From Bdellovibrionales bacterium (GTDB lineage: Bacteria; Bdellovibrionota; Bdellovibrionia; Bdellovibrionales; UBA1609), in the NCBI GenBank assembly GCA_965219095.1, contig OZ244719.1, forward strand, positions 96,001 to 160,000: DNA of 64,000 bases, in the 5' to 3' direction. The notes below the pieces were generated by a model. That model made no database searches, was not told the origin of the DNA, and saw only the letters and a list, made by a program, of their open reading frames with translations. Positions 39,388-50,663 of the stretch are shown here, piece by piece; within the stretch, counting starts at the first letter, position 1; each line of letters opens with the position of its first letter. Made by a program: the position numbers and the translations under genes.

Positions 39388-40959
39388 ATGACAGAAAATG
39401 TTATATCTTTAAAAGATAAAAAAGAGCTTTTACAGGGCTCAAAAACCTTTGAAATTTTCAAAGGTGAAAAAGACGAATACGGAAAGGTAAAGAAGACAAG
39501 GGCTTTAGGTCAAGCTCGTATTTATAAGGGTTCTGATACATACCATGTTTTCATAAAAACCCTACTTAATATAAAATTTTTTCTTTTGCCAGAAAAAAAG
39601 AATCCTCAAAAATATGAGTACGTCATTTTGACAAGAGAAATTTCACATTATTTCGATCGCAAGTATTACTGGAATGTAGTGGGGGAAGGCAGAATCCTTA
39701 TGGGTCAAAATGAAGGTCTTATGGAGTTAAGTTGGTATTTTTTTGGAAATAAGGACGTTTATAGTGCTTCCGCTTAGGTTTTCCGTTTTTTTTTGAGTTG
39801 AGGTCTAGTTTTTATTCTAAGGCCTTGATAAAAAGTCATTTATTTTTAAAAATAGTTTCATATGTCAGGGTTTCTATCAAAAAAAGAGCGAAAAGATTTA
39901 CTCTATGAACTATCTCTAGAGAAAAATCTTAAATACGTAAAAAGGATTATGACAATTCTCCATTTAGATAAAGGTGAGTTGTGTAAAGATATTTCCCGTT
40001 TTCTTTTCATTGATGAGGGCACGATAAGAGCCTGTAGAGATCGTTATAACAAAGGTGGGATAGAGTGCTTAATCAACGACAATTACAACCCTAAAAGGTC
40101 CTTTTTAACTAAGAAAGAGGAGAAAATGCTTTTAAAGGAGTTAGAAAAAAGAATTTTTCCGTCATCACAATCTGTTATCCAGTTCATTGAGGAGAATTTT
40201 GGTGTTACGTACTTTAACAAGTGGTGTAATTGATCTTCTCCATCGCCTTGGTTTTTCTTATAAAAAAGCCACAGCGATACCGGGTAAGGCAAAGAGAGAA
40301 GAGCAGAAAAAGTTTGTGCGTAAATACAAGAGAATTAAGAAGAAAGACGGTCCTGTTTACTTTGCTGATTCCACACATCCTGAGTGGGGCCCTACGATTT
40401 CATATGGTTGGATAAGAGAGGGTAAGAAGTTTGAAGTGAAGACCAATTCAGGCTGGAGAAAAAGAGTGAATGTTTGTGGAGCTATTGAGATCAATAGTTT
40501 GAAGACGGTAGTCAGGAGTTATAAGACAGTTAACCATGTTTCCATATGTGATATGCTCCATCATATTCGCAAGAAGCATCCCGATGAAAAAGAGATTCAT
40601 CTTATCTTAGATGGGGCCGGATACAATAGATCGAAGTCTGTCAAGAAGTTAGCGAAAGAGTTGAATATAGAACTTGTTTATCTTCCTCCGTACTCACCGA
40701 ATTTAAATCCTATAGAAAGGCTTTGGAAGTTTATGAAAAAAGAGGTCACGGCGAATCGATATTATGAAAACTATGACGATTTCAAGGGAAGTTTAAGTCA
40801 ATTTTTTAGAGGAATACGAAAACACAGATCTAAATTAGAAACTTTGATAACTGATAACTTCTCTATCTTAGGAAACTGAAAACCTAAACGGAAGCACTAT
40901 ATATGAGGCTTGATCCCTATCCTTGTGAAGAAATGTCTTTAAAAGCGACTGCAAGTTAG
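39388..40959 (+). pseudogene. Hypothetical ICE protein interrupted by IS630
   Basis: Removing 39762-40901 restores ..NKDVYMRLDPYPCEEMSLKATAS* (stop 40957-40959). Confidence 0.75.
39762..40899 (+). mobile_element. IS630-family element (TAGTGCTTCCG type); orfA 39862-40233, orfB 40187-40879
   Basis: IRs tagtgcttccg..cggaagcacta, TA duplication; near-identical to 27336-28471. Confidence 0.95.
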
Positions 40960-40966
40960 AGGTTTT

Positions 40967-41254
40967 ATGAAAGTCAGAATTTTTCTATCATTTTTTCTTT
41001 TAGCAATCTTTTTTTTAATTTTACAAGAGCAGGTTATTTTTGCAGACTTTGAATCTTCTCTTTTGAACATAAAGTATAAGTTAACAAAAGTTATATTGCC
41101 TTTAATTTCTGTTATTGGATTAATTTTAGCCACATTTAGTTTTATTACAGGAAATCCCAGTGCGAAACAACACATTGTCTATGCGATCGTAGGATCGGCT
41201 ATTGGGTTTGGAGCACAAAGTATAATTGATTTTATAAGTTTCACTGTTTACTAA
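40967..41254 (+). CDS. VirB2/TrbC-like pilin
   Basis: Signal segment plus two hydrophobic helices, ..IVG.AIGFGA..II; first gene of the T4SS order. Confidence 0.75.
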   Translation: MKVRIFLSFFLLAIFFLILQEQVIFADFESSLLNIKYKLTKVILPLISVIGLILATFSFITGNPSAKQHIVYAIVGSAIGFGAQSIIDFISFTVY

Positions 41255-41268
41255 GAAAGGAAAGTATT

Positions 41269-41577
41269 TTGCTTGAATCTAAGATGCCAAGAAATTTAGA
41301 TCATAAAATAAAGCTTTTAGGCTTTGAACTTATGGACTTACTTTTGATCTTTCTTTACTTGTCTATAAGCAATTTGATTTTTGGCCAAACAGCTTTAAAA
41401 TTTCTCTTAGTATGGATAGGTACAATTTTGCTTACTGTAACACTTTATTTTTTTAAAAAAGGGAAGCCAGAAAATTATATTTCTGATTTTTTGTCAAGTT
41501 ATTTAAATTCTAGTGTTTTCTCAGCCAATCTTTCAGATACAAAGCACAAGCCATATTTTAAAGGGAGGGGGAAATGA
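41269..41577 (+). CDS. VirB3/TraL-like membrane protein
   Basis: PRNLD..KLLGFE..D, two TMs, KKGKPENY; between pilin and VirB4. Confidence 0.65.
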   Translation: MLESKMPRNLDHKIKLLGFELMDLLLIFLYLSISNLIFGQTALKFLLVWIGTILLTVTLYFFKKGKPENYISDFLSSYLNSSVFSANLSDTKHKPYFKGRGK

Positions 41578-44010
41578 AGTTGCAAATAACACCTCTTAAA
41601 AATTTTACAGAATTTCAAGAAGAACATTCACTTGCAGAACAACTGCCCTTTTGGGATTTTTTCCAAAACTATGTAGCTTTAAGTGACGGTACACTGATCT
41701 ATGGGTTAAAGTTAAAAGGACTTTACATTGAAACTTCAAACGAAAATAAAATAAATTCTTTAACATTAAAACTTCGCTCCTTTTTGAATGGGCTTGAAGA
41801 TGGTACAGAAATAGGTTTCATAGTGAACAGCCACTCTTGTTTTTCCAAAATTTTAGAAGATCATAGAAAATTAGAATCTAAAAAGAAAGTCCTCAACAAA
41901 GTTTCACAAGATAGGTTAGAGTTTCTTAAGGAGGAAATAAAGAACCAGCGTATTTTAAAAAAAGACATTTATCTTTTAATCTATAAACGACATGGGGAGG
42001 GTTTTAAAAAGCTCAATTTATTCAGAAGCTTTTTCAAAGCTCCTCAAAGTTTTAAGTCTATAACCACATCTCAACATAAAAAAAGAGAGAAAGAGGTAAT
42101 GCAATTAACTTCTTCTTTATCAACAACTTTAAAGAACATGGGTATTAAAAACAAGGTTCTTGAAAGAGATGAAATAAAGGGGTTTATTTATGAGTTTTTT
42201 AACCCTGAACGTTCTCAGACAGAGCCTCTTCCTTGTGACAAGAGATCAGGTTTTTTCCACAAAAGAACGTGAGGTGTTACAAGAGTTATCTCTAAGTTCT
42301 CCTAGAGAGCAACTCGTTTTCTCAGATCTTATTTGTGGCAATAAAGATATTTTCTATGACAACTACTATCACAGAATTTTAACTTTAAAAACTCTACCTG
42401 AACACACAAGCTCAGCTTTTGTTGAAAAACTTATAGACCTTCCTTTTTCTTTTTATTCTTATGTTCATATTAGAGTTCCAGAGCAATCAAAGGAATTGAG
42501 TCTTATTGAGATGAAAAGACGTATGTCACACTCTATGAGTTTATCTCAAGATGGTAGAGTTAAGGATCTAGAAAGTGAGTCACAGTTTCAAGACACAGAA
42601 GATCTTTTAAGAGAGATCATAGAAACAGGTCAAAAGATTTTCTTTTTTCAAATGGCTTTTAAAATAAAATCCAAAACTCAAGAGGAAATTAACTTTAAGT
42701 CAAAATTCCTTTTAAACGCTTTTAGGTCATTAAATGGTTCTGAAGCTTTAGAAGAAAACGTTAGTGCTTTTAAAGTTTTTAAAACCATTATACCTTTTGG
42801 AAACTTAGTTTTTGCAAGACAGAAGAGGATTAAAGCAGATAATTTAGCAGATTTTTTACCCATTTATTCAAACTATGAGGGTCAAGATCAAAAATCCATT
42901 TGTTTGTTCAGAAATAGACAAAACGGGCTTGTTTCTTACGATCCTTTTCATTCTAAACTACCTAACTACAATACACTTGTGACAGGCAGTAGTGGTTCAG
43001 GAAAAAGTTTTTTAAACAATCTCATACTTTTACAATCTATGAGAGAGAACCCTATAACCTACATTATAGACATAGGGGGAAGTTATAGAAAGCTTTGTGA
43101 TTTTTTAGGCGGTCAATATATTGACATCTTTCCTCCTGAAACTTACAAGCCTCGAAGTATTACGATCAACCCTTTTTCTCTTAAAAATGAACAGACAAGT
43201 CTAAGCCCTAGAAAGATCAAGTTTTTGCTTGCTTTTTTAGAAAGTATACTTGTTGATCATGAGGATGAAAAGCTATCAAAATTTGATAAATCTCTTTTAG
43301 AAGAAGCTATTGACATTCTTTATAAAAAAGTAAAAAGACCAACTCTTTCAGATCTTTCTTTTATTTTTCAAAATTCAGAGCATAGATCATTAAAGAAGTT
43401 CTCAAAAATGCTTTATTCATGGACTGGTGATAGGCCTTATGGAAGGCTTTTAGACAAAGAAGATAACATCAATTTAAAAAATGAGTTTATAGTCTTTGAT
43501 CTTAAAGGCCTTTCTCATTACCCTGATCTGCAACAAGTGATGATTCTCATCATAACTGATTTTGTTTTAGATAGAATTGAGTCAAAAGATAAGGGTTTTA
43601 GGGGAGAGAAAAAAAGAATTTTAATTGACGAGTGCTGGGAGTTATTAAAGGGGAAATCCAGTTCTCATTTTATGGAGCATTGTGTTCGTACGTTGAGAAA
43701 ATCAGGGGCAGGCATTACTTTCATAACTCAGGGAATAGAAGAAATAGCAAGACATCCTATAGGTTTTGCCATTATAAACAATACAGCTACGAAATTTATT
43801 CTTTCACAAAAGGGAAACCTTGAATCTTTGCAGAAGAATTTAAAGCTTGACGAAAAAGAGATCTCTTTGATTTCTTCTTTGAAAAGCAAAAAAAGAGAGT
43901 ATTCAGAGGCTTTTATGATCTCTCATAACAATAAGGCTATTATTAGAATTTACCCATCTAAAGAAGAGTACAAGATAGCTACGACTGATTATGAAGACAA
44001 AATCAAGTAA
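41574..44010 (+). pseudogene. VirB4/TraC conjugative ATPase, split by a frameshift near 42230
   Basis: N-part 41574-42272, C-part 42190-44010 with GSSGSGKS, IIDIGGSY, INPF, IDECW, RKSG..FITQ. Confidence 0.85.
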
Positions 44011-44061
44011 AGCTCTCAATGAGAATGTTTATCTAACTTATTTAAAAAGAAAGGGGTTTTT

Positions 44062-44733
44062 ATGAAAAAATGTATTTTTATTTTTTGTATTTTTTCTTTT
44101 ACAAAGGGTTTTTGCTTTTGGGGAGGTGATCTTATCTATCTTTCAAAGATTTTAGAGCAATCCATTTATCAACTAGAGCAGTTAAGAAGCATGACAGAAC
44201 TCCATAAGGATCAATTAAGATTATTAAAAGAAGTAAATAGGGGTTTCAATGATGTTATGTTTTTAAGGGATACTGCTAATCAAACCCTCAAAGCAGGTAC
44301 TTTTTCCGATATTAGAAATGTTAATGAAGCTATCAGCGTTGTAAGACGTCTTTATGGCCGTATACCTAAAACATGGGAAGCTCCTTTGCAGAAGAAAACA
44401 GACTTAACAGTTGCTGAAAGTTTATACTTTCAAAAGGAAGCCTTTAAATATGCCACAAAGATTGATAAAGAAGCTACAAAGATAAAAAATTACGCAAACA
44501 AAGTTTCCCCAACTGGAGCGAGCAAAACATTAGTACAAAGTCAAGCGATCATGCTTCACACACTCAATCAAATTTTAAGGACAACTGCTTCACTTCTTAA
44601 GATTCATTCTCAAGGGCTAGCACTTAAAAACAAAAAGGAAAAGATACGATCAAGGCATTTTCAGATTCAGTATAATGAACTCTCAAAGGCTTTTTACAAT
44701 TTAAAACCAAATTATACATTGTCGTCATTATGA
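44062..44733 (+). CDS. VirB5/TrbJ-like exported helical protein
   Basis: Signal peptide, Q/L-rich coiled coils, position after VirB4. Confidence 0.6.
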   Translation: MKKCIFIFCIFSFTKGFCFWGGDLIYLSKILEQSIYQLEQLRSMTELHKDQLRLLKEVNRGFNDVMFLRDTANQTLKAGTFSDIRNVNEAISVVRRLYGRIPKTWEAPLQKKTDLTVAESLYFQKEAFKYATKIDKEATKIKNYANKVSPTGASKTLVQSQAIMLHTLNQILRTTASLLKIHSQGLALKNKKEKIRSRHFQIQYNELSKAFYNLKPNYTLSSL

Positions 44734-45516
44734 TTGATATTCATTTTTTAAGTTCTCTTACAAAAGAGCTTTATTTAGAATTAAAGGACGTATACTTTTT
44801 ACTTCTACCCTTATTTTTTCTTATATCTATTCTCATTACATGGTTTAAAGGGAGTTATGATTTTATAGATAAAATAAAAAAAGTTTTCATATCAACGATA
44901 CTTGTTGTTATCTTTCCTGAAATAACTGACATCATTTTATTTATAGCAAATGGTCTTTCAGATAAGATTGGCAGTATGAACACACTTGAAAACATCATGC
45001 ACATGGCAGGTGAAAAGATGAAAGAGTACTCTAAGCCTTCATTAAAATCTTTTTTATCATTCCCCAATCTTCTTTTAGCAAGTCTGTGTTATATTTCTTT
45101 TTTTGTTGTATATTGTGCAAAATTCATCATGTTGGCAGTTTACCATTTTAGTTGGTCGTTTTTATTGATTCTATCCCCTCTTATTTTGCTCTTTCATGTT
45201 TTTTCACAAAAGATAACTTTAAGTCTCTTTCGATCCATGATTGAAATTGCTAGCTGGAAGGTAGTTTGGGTCATTCTTTCAGTGATGTTAAACTCTCTAC
45301 CTTTTTCAAATCCATCAGAAATTGAGGGGCATTATATTACTTTGATCATTATGAATTTTGTGATCGCTCTTTGTATGTTGGGAACGCCTTTTTTAATTAA
45401 AAGTCTCATAGGTTCAGGGTTTTCAACTTTTGCAGGTTCTATCAATGCTATTACAGGTACAACCATGATGGCAACCTATTCTAGAGCTGTAAAAATAGGT
45501 CGAATGAGTAAAAAAC
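44730..45516 (+). CDS. VirB6/TrbL-like polytopic membrane protein; last codons displaced by ISL3
   Basis: Multiple TMs, LSPL motif; the native end ..RMSKKLIRKK* resumes after 47045. Confidence 0.7.
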
Positions 45517-47037
45517 GCCTCCTCAAAAGAATCTGTGGGTTCCCGGAGGTTCTGGCAGTTTTCCAAGGTTATGATATAAGGCGATTTTTATAGCTTTAGA
45601 GGTTCTAAAGCCGTAAGATTTTCTCATAGTGAGTTTTACTTTGTTGTTTAAACCCTCTACAATCCCTGAGGAGAAGGCTTTTTTAGCCTTGAAGTAATTA
45701 AGAATAAGTAGCTTATGTCTTCGTATGGTTTTTGCTTCTCTTTTCATAGGTTCAATTTTTGAAAGCATGACTCGTTTCGTCCAACTGTCTATAAATTTAC
45801 CAGCCCAAGTTGGTGAAACATAGGTCCATAACTGTCGGAAGTCTTCTTTTAAAAAATAACAGCGGATACTTTTTAAATTGTACTGTATTAAATGCCTTAA
45901 TTTTACTTTTTCATAAGATTTTAAATTTTCTGCATTTTTTAACAAGGGCCATCTAGCTTTTGTTAAAAGGGGTTCATACCCGTCTTCTTTCATTTTTTTG
46001 TGTTCTGAAGCTCTCACTTCGTCTAAAGCCTTATTGAGTCTTGCTACGATATGAAACCGATCTAATATATTCAAAGCTTGACTTGCCCTTTCCTTTATTA
46101 CTTTTAAATAGGGCTTCCACATATCAGAACACACAAACTGTATATCTTTTGACTTCTCTCCTAGTAAATCAAAAAACTTGTTGAAACTCTCCTCTGTTCT
46201 TTTTTCTCCTATCCATAGCAAACGAACACTTTCTTTGCTTATTTCATAGACTAAGGTGAGATACTGATGGTTCTTTTTCCATTGTATTTCATCTACACCT
46301 ATAGCTTGTATTCCCTTTAAAACCCTTTGTTTTAAACCATATTCTACGACCCATTCTACCGAAGCATAGACCTGATTCCAACTGACATGAAACTTACAAG
46401 AAACCTCTTTCCAAGACAGGTGACGACACCAGTCAGCTAAGTACTTCATGTAAAAAATTGTTAGGTTTTTCTTCCCATCGGCCCAAGGTAAATACTCAAC
46501 TTTTACCCCACAGCAAGGACAATTAACTCTTCTTACAAAATAAACAAAAAACACCCTGTAACTTAAAATAGGAAGGGATTCAAAGTCCCGTGATGATTTA
46601 CTTCTGTCATACACTGAACAGGGCTTCTTACAAACACTACAAAAAGCTTGGCCATTTTTACGAGCCTTAATAGGAACATTAATTGACTTTCTATCTTTTG
46701 AAAAATAAATGTCTCCGTATACAAAAGACTTCCATCTTAAACAATCATTTAGTATAGTCTTCAAAAGCATCTCTTCCCTCCTTTTTTTTTTTTTTTGAAT
46801 AACATTTTAAGGCATCTGGGAAGTAGGTGCTTCTTTTTTAAAATTTTAATGTAACACAGCAAATAAAAGCAAATAAAATGAATGTTTTTGAGTTCAATCA
46901 CCGGAGGTGATAGAGGCCAGTAAGGGCCTCAAAGAACTCAAAAATACAAGATAGGATGTCTTACTCTTACTTTGATTAATATGAGCCTTTTTGGGGGATT
47001 TCTACTACTTTTCACCCACAGATTCCCGGGAGGAGCC
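45517..47037 (-). mobile_element. ISL3 element, complete copy 2
   Basis: Same IRs as copy 1; 8-bp TSD taaaaaac at 45509-45516 and 47038-47045. Confidence 0.95.
45523..46770 (-). CDS. ISL3-family transposase
   Basis: Near-identical to 504-1751. Confidence 0.95.
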   Translation of the reverse strand: MLLKTILNDCLRWKSFVYGDIYFSKDRKSINVPIKARKNGQAFCSVCKKPCSVYDRSKSSRDFESLPILSYRVFFVYFVRRVNCPCCGVKVEYLPWADGKKNLTIFYMKYLADWCRHLSWKEVSCKFHVSWNQVYASVEWVVEYGLKQRVLKGIQAIGVDEIQWKKNHQYLTLVYEISKESVRLLWIGEKRTEESFNKFFDLLGEKSKDIQFVCSDMWKPYLKVIKERASQALNILDRFHIVARLNKALDEVRASEHKKMKEDGYEPLLTKARWPLLKNAENLKSYEKVKLRHLIQYNLKSIRCYFLKEDFRQLWTYVSPTWAGKFIDSWTKRVMLSKIEPMKREAKTIRRHKLLILNYFKAKKAFSSGIVEGLNNKVKLTMRKSYGFRTSKAIKIALYHNLGKLPEPPGTHRFF

Positions 47038-47079
47038 TAAAAAACTAATAAGAAAAAAATAACAGAAAGGAGTTTTTAT

Positions 47080-47682
47080 ATGAAAAACATACACCGTAAG
47101 TATTTTGAGATGTGGGGAGATGAACAGTCTCAAAATTTCTTTTTAAAGGGTCTCCTCGTAGTCATGCTCATAACAAGTCTCTTTTTAACAATTTCTTTAG
47201 CTATTATAAGCAGTAAAAAACCTTTTGTTATCTCAATAGACAAAGCTTCATCTAAAATCATAAAACTTTCAAAAAGCAAAACAAAAGAGCAAAATCTTGT
47301 TGAGATAAAGAGGTCTGTAGAGAAATTTATAAAATACCGACATAATTGGACTAGTGAAAAAATCAAGGAAAGATTAGAAAAGTCTTCAAAATTTATAGCT
47401 CCAAGCTTTAGAAAACGCTTTTTAGCATCAAATAGAAAACAGCTTAAAGAAGCGAGCAAAAAGAAAATAGCTCAACGTTTTTACATTTCAAAGGCTATGA
47501 ACATTGATATAGACAAAAACAAAGTAGAGGTGACAGGTGACAGAATTTTAATTGTTGATGGCTTAAGAGCAACTCAGCCTATGACGTTTCGTCTTAGTTA
47601 TATTTTTAAAAAAAGAACTTTAGACAATCCAGAAGGTGTTTATATCACTAGTGAGAATCTCATCTCTTCATTAGAGCATTAA
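47080..47682 (+). CDS. VirB8/TrbF/TraK-like protein
   Basis: Single N-terminal TM, C-terminal RT..NPEGVYI motif. Confidence 0.72.
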   Translation: MKNIHRKYFEMWGDEQSQNFFLKGLLVVMLITSLFLTISLAIISSKKPFVISIDKASSKIIKLSKSKTKEQNLVEIKRSVEKFIKYRHNWTSEKIKERLEKSSKFIAPSFRKRFLASNRKQLKEASKKKIAQRFYISKAMNIDIDKNKVEVTGDRILIVDGLRATQPMTFRLSYIFKKRTLDNPEGVYITSENLISSLEH

Positions 47683-47688
47683 AAAAAG

Positions 47689-48384
47689 GTGGTTAAAATG
47701 GATAGATTTTTTATTTTTATTTTTTTAATTAGTTTTCATGTAAAAGCAAAACAAGTCGAGACTGTTCATCTTACACAAAAAGACATTCATCAAGTTTATC
47801 TTAAACTTCATGAAACTACAGTCTTAAAGTTCGATTCTAAACCTAAACCTGCTATTATTGGAAAACAAGATGCCTATTTAGTGGAAACCTTTAAAAATGT
47901 AGTTGCTATAAAACCCATCAGAAAAGTAAGTACAAACTTTTTTGTTTTCACAAAGGAGGGTCATTTCAATTTTAAACTTATACCCAGTCCAACAAAATAC
48001 AAAACTTTAATCCATGTCAAAAGAAAACTCTCCTTTTTTGTTGAAAAAGTTTCAATAGGAACACCTTTTAAACTTTCAATGAGGGATGGTTTTTTATTCA
48101 GTTCAAAAAATAAGATTGCTATACTCTTTTCTTTAAGCTTACTTGGAAAAAATTCTAAAAAATATAAGTTTAAAAACTTTAAAATAAAAGCCTATCAGAA
48201 AGGAAAAAAAGTATCACTTGATTCTAAATTTACAGATAGGAGAGAGCTAGATTCTAAAACAAGGAAATTATCAGGGGTTTTCATTTTTAACAAGGATAAT
48301 CTAAGGCTAAAGGAGTTATTAACTTTCAAAATTTTTCATAAAGAGTTAAACAAGCCACTAAAAATTGAAATCAATTATCCTTGA
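47689..48384 (+). CDS. VirB9/TraN-like exported protein
   Basis: Signal peptide; TVL.F, V.IKP, TNFFVFT. Confidence 0.6.
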   Translation: MVKMDRFFIFIFLISFHVKAKQVETVHLTQKDIHQVYLKLHETTVLKFDSKPKPAIIGKQDAYLVETFKNVVAIKPIRKVSTNFFVFTKEGHFNFKLIPSPTKYKTLIHVKRKLSFFVEKVSIGTPFKLSMRDGFLFSSKNKIAILFSLSLLGKNSKKYKFKNFKIKAYQKGKKVSLDSKFTDRRELDSKTRKLSGVFIFNKDNLRLKELLTFKIFHKELNKPLKIEINYP

Positions 48385-48393
48385 GGAGGATTT

Positions 48394-49236
48394 ATGTCAT
48401 TTAGAGAAAAAATAGAAGATCTTTTTTTAAGCGAAAGAAATAGTTTTACTAAAAAAAGGCTTTTAAAGACAAAAAATATCTTGATTTTTACTTTTTTTAT
48501 TTTATTTCTTGTTCTTATGTTTGGCGATTCTATTGAGAGGAAAAAGAAACAGGAGAAAGAAAATACAGAAAATTTTAAAGTTAAAATCACAAGACCTTTG
48601 TTAGAATATAAAACCTATGAATATGATGACATAGGGGTTTATAAAGAGACTGTTAAAGCAAAGAAAAGAATCGTCTCACAAATTATTGCACACAAGTCTG
48701 ACTCTTTAGGGCTAAAAGTTATGGTCGAACTTGTGGACAAAGTAGAAGCTATATCCTATAACTCTATCCCTATTATAGCGAAGGCTTTAGAGGGGGTTTT
48801 AAGTTTTATTGAAGAAGGAGATCTTTTTTTAGGGGAGGGATTTTTAGATTCTGAAAGTGAAAGGCTAAAGATTAACTTTCACACTCATATTTTAAACTCT
48901 GGAGAGAGAAAATCAATCTCAGCACAAGCTCTTAGTTCAAACGGCACTCTTGGTTTAAAAGGAGAGTTTAACTCACAATTTATCAAAAAATACGGCTCCC
49001 GTATGACAGCAAACTTTGTTGGAGGTATGGCAAAGGGACTTCAAAAAAAAGAAGTCACAGATCAGGGCTTTATTTTCAGTTCTAATGGATTCCAAAGTGC
49101 TTTTTTAAACGGACTTTCTCTTGTAGCTTTAGATTATGCCAGAAACAAATCGAAAAAAAACGAAAGAATAAAAGCTAAAATGACCTTAAAAAAAGGAATT
49201 CAATTTTTAATTTATTTTAATAGGGGGTCAAAATAA
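48394..49236 (+). CDS. VirB10/TrbI/TraM-like protein
   Basis: N-terminal TM; G..FLG, RL.I.F, A...G..GL.G, G..F.IYF. Confidence 0.65.
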   Translation: MSFREKIEDLFLSERNSFTKKRLLKTKNILIFTFFILFLVLMFGDSIERKKKQEKENTENFKVKITRPLLEYKTYEYDDIGVYKETVKAKKRIVSQIIAHKSDSLGLKVMVELVDKVEAISYNSIPIIAKALEGVLSFIEEGDLFLGEGFLDSESERLKINFHTHILNSGERKSISAQALSSNGTLGLKGEFNSQFIKKYGSRMTANFVGGMAKGLQKKEVTDQGFIFSSNGFQSAFLNGLSLVALDYARNKSKKNERIKAKMTLKKGIQFLIYFNRGSK

Positions 49237-50663
49237 AGCTTCAGAAAGAAAGCCTTTTAGATTCTTTTTTTAAAGCCCTATTTCAAGGACTTCTTAAGTT
49301 TTTCAAAAATGACTTTACCACAAACTTATTAGTTCTTGTTATCGTTTATTGCCTTTTTTGGTTCGTTGTAAAGTTTGATGTTCATCTTTTTATTTTAAAT
49401 CGGTTTCTAAGCTTATCCTATCCATCAAGATTTTCTGATTTTATTTATAAAATCTCAGACTTTCAATGGCTTTTATTTTTTCACTCTTTTTTTCTTTTTA
49501 TTTTCCTTTTATTTTTAGGAAAAAAAGGCTCATACTTTGAGCATACCTTCCAAAAGATTGGATTAAAAAACAGTTTAGGAAAAACCCCTGAGCTTATGAA
49601 AAAAGTAAACATCAATTCCTACCGCACTTTTTATGTTTTTGATTCGAAGGGTTTAGCTCTTGATGATTTTAAAGTTAAAGAGAAAAAAATAGCTTCTTGT
49701 CTTGACGGCTTTGTAGAAAGCCTCAAGCAAGGAAAAAGTCCTAAGTGGGTCACTCTTACAGTCAGTAAAAGGCCTTTTCCAAAAAAGGTCTGTTATAAAG
49801 ACATTTCAAAGAAAAAAAATCTTGCAGAAGGAAGTTTCTTTCTTGGTCACTCTGGGGAGGGTGTGGTTTTTGCAAAGATTTCAGAATTGCCCCATGTGTT
49901 GATCGCAGGAGCAACAGGAACTGGAAAGTCTGTTTTTTTCAAACAAGCTCTTTTGGGACTTTTAGAATCCACCCTTCATCTTCAAATGTACCTTATTGAC
50001 TTAAAAGGTGGACTTGAAATGATAGATTTTGTTCAAGCTCCTAATGTTCAAGTGATTAAAGACACCTCTCATGCTCTTTATACCCTTGAGAGGGTTCAAA
50101 AGGAAATGAAAGCTCGTTTTAGCTATTTAGAAGGAAAGGGATTAAAGCAAATTATTCCCCTAAGGGATAAAAAAGAAAGGATTCTTGTGGCCATTGATGA
50201 GGCTTCAGTGCTTTATATGACAAGGCCAAAGTTCGATCCCCATCATGAGGCTACGATCAAAGCAAGAGGTCTTGCGGACTCAATCTCGAAGCTCTCAAGA
50301 GCTGGAGCCATTCATCTTATGCTAGCAACACAGAAGTTGGAAAAGAGTGTGATTCCCAGCTCCGTTTCTGAAAACATATCAGGACGGATGATCTTTAGAA
50401 CCAACTCACTTCAAGGAAGCCTTATGATGTTAGGAACAAAAGAGGCTATGAATCTTCCAGAAGTAAAAGGTCGTGGGATATGGCAGTTTGGCTCTCAAAA
50501 AAAGACACTTCAAGTTCCTTACATTGATCCTAAAGACATTCAAAAAAGATGCCAAGTCATAGCAAAAGAGTTTCAAACAGGCAAAAGAAAACTGTTTAAT
50601 CCTATGATAAACATGAGGCCTAACAAAGGCATAGATCAAGTGACAGGTGAAATTTTAAATTGA
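49233..50663 (+). CDS. FtsK/SpoIIIE-type ATPase, probable coupling protein; frame open from 49224, probable ATA start at 49233
   Basis: PHVLIAGATGTGKS, IDLKGG, IDEA, RAGAIH..LATQ, GRG; hydrophobic 121-codon in-frame extension upstream of ATG 49596. Confidence 0.85.
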   Translation: MKLQKESLLDSFFKALFQGLLKFFKNDFTTNLLVLVIVYCLFWFVVKFDVHLFILNRFLSLSYPSRFSDFIYKISDFQWLLFFHSFFLFIFLLFLGKKGSYFEHTFQKIGLKNSLGKTPELMKKVNINSYRTFYVFDSKGLALDDFKVKEKKIASCLDGFVESLKQGKSPKWVTLTVSKRPFPKKVCYKDISKKKNLAEGSFFLGHSGEGVVFAKISELPHVLIAGATGTGKSVFFKQALLGLLESTLHLQMYLIDLKGGLEMIDFVQAPNVQVIKDTSHALYTLERVQKEMKARFSYLEGKGLKQIIPLRDKKERILVAIDEASVLYMTRPKFDPHHEATIKARGLADSISKLSRAGAIHLMLATQKLEKSVIPSSVSENISGRMIFRTNSLQGSLMMLGTKEAMNLPEVKGRGIWQFGSQKKTLQVPYIDPKDIQKRCQVIAKEFQTGKRKLFNPMINMRPNKGIDQVTGEILN

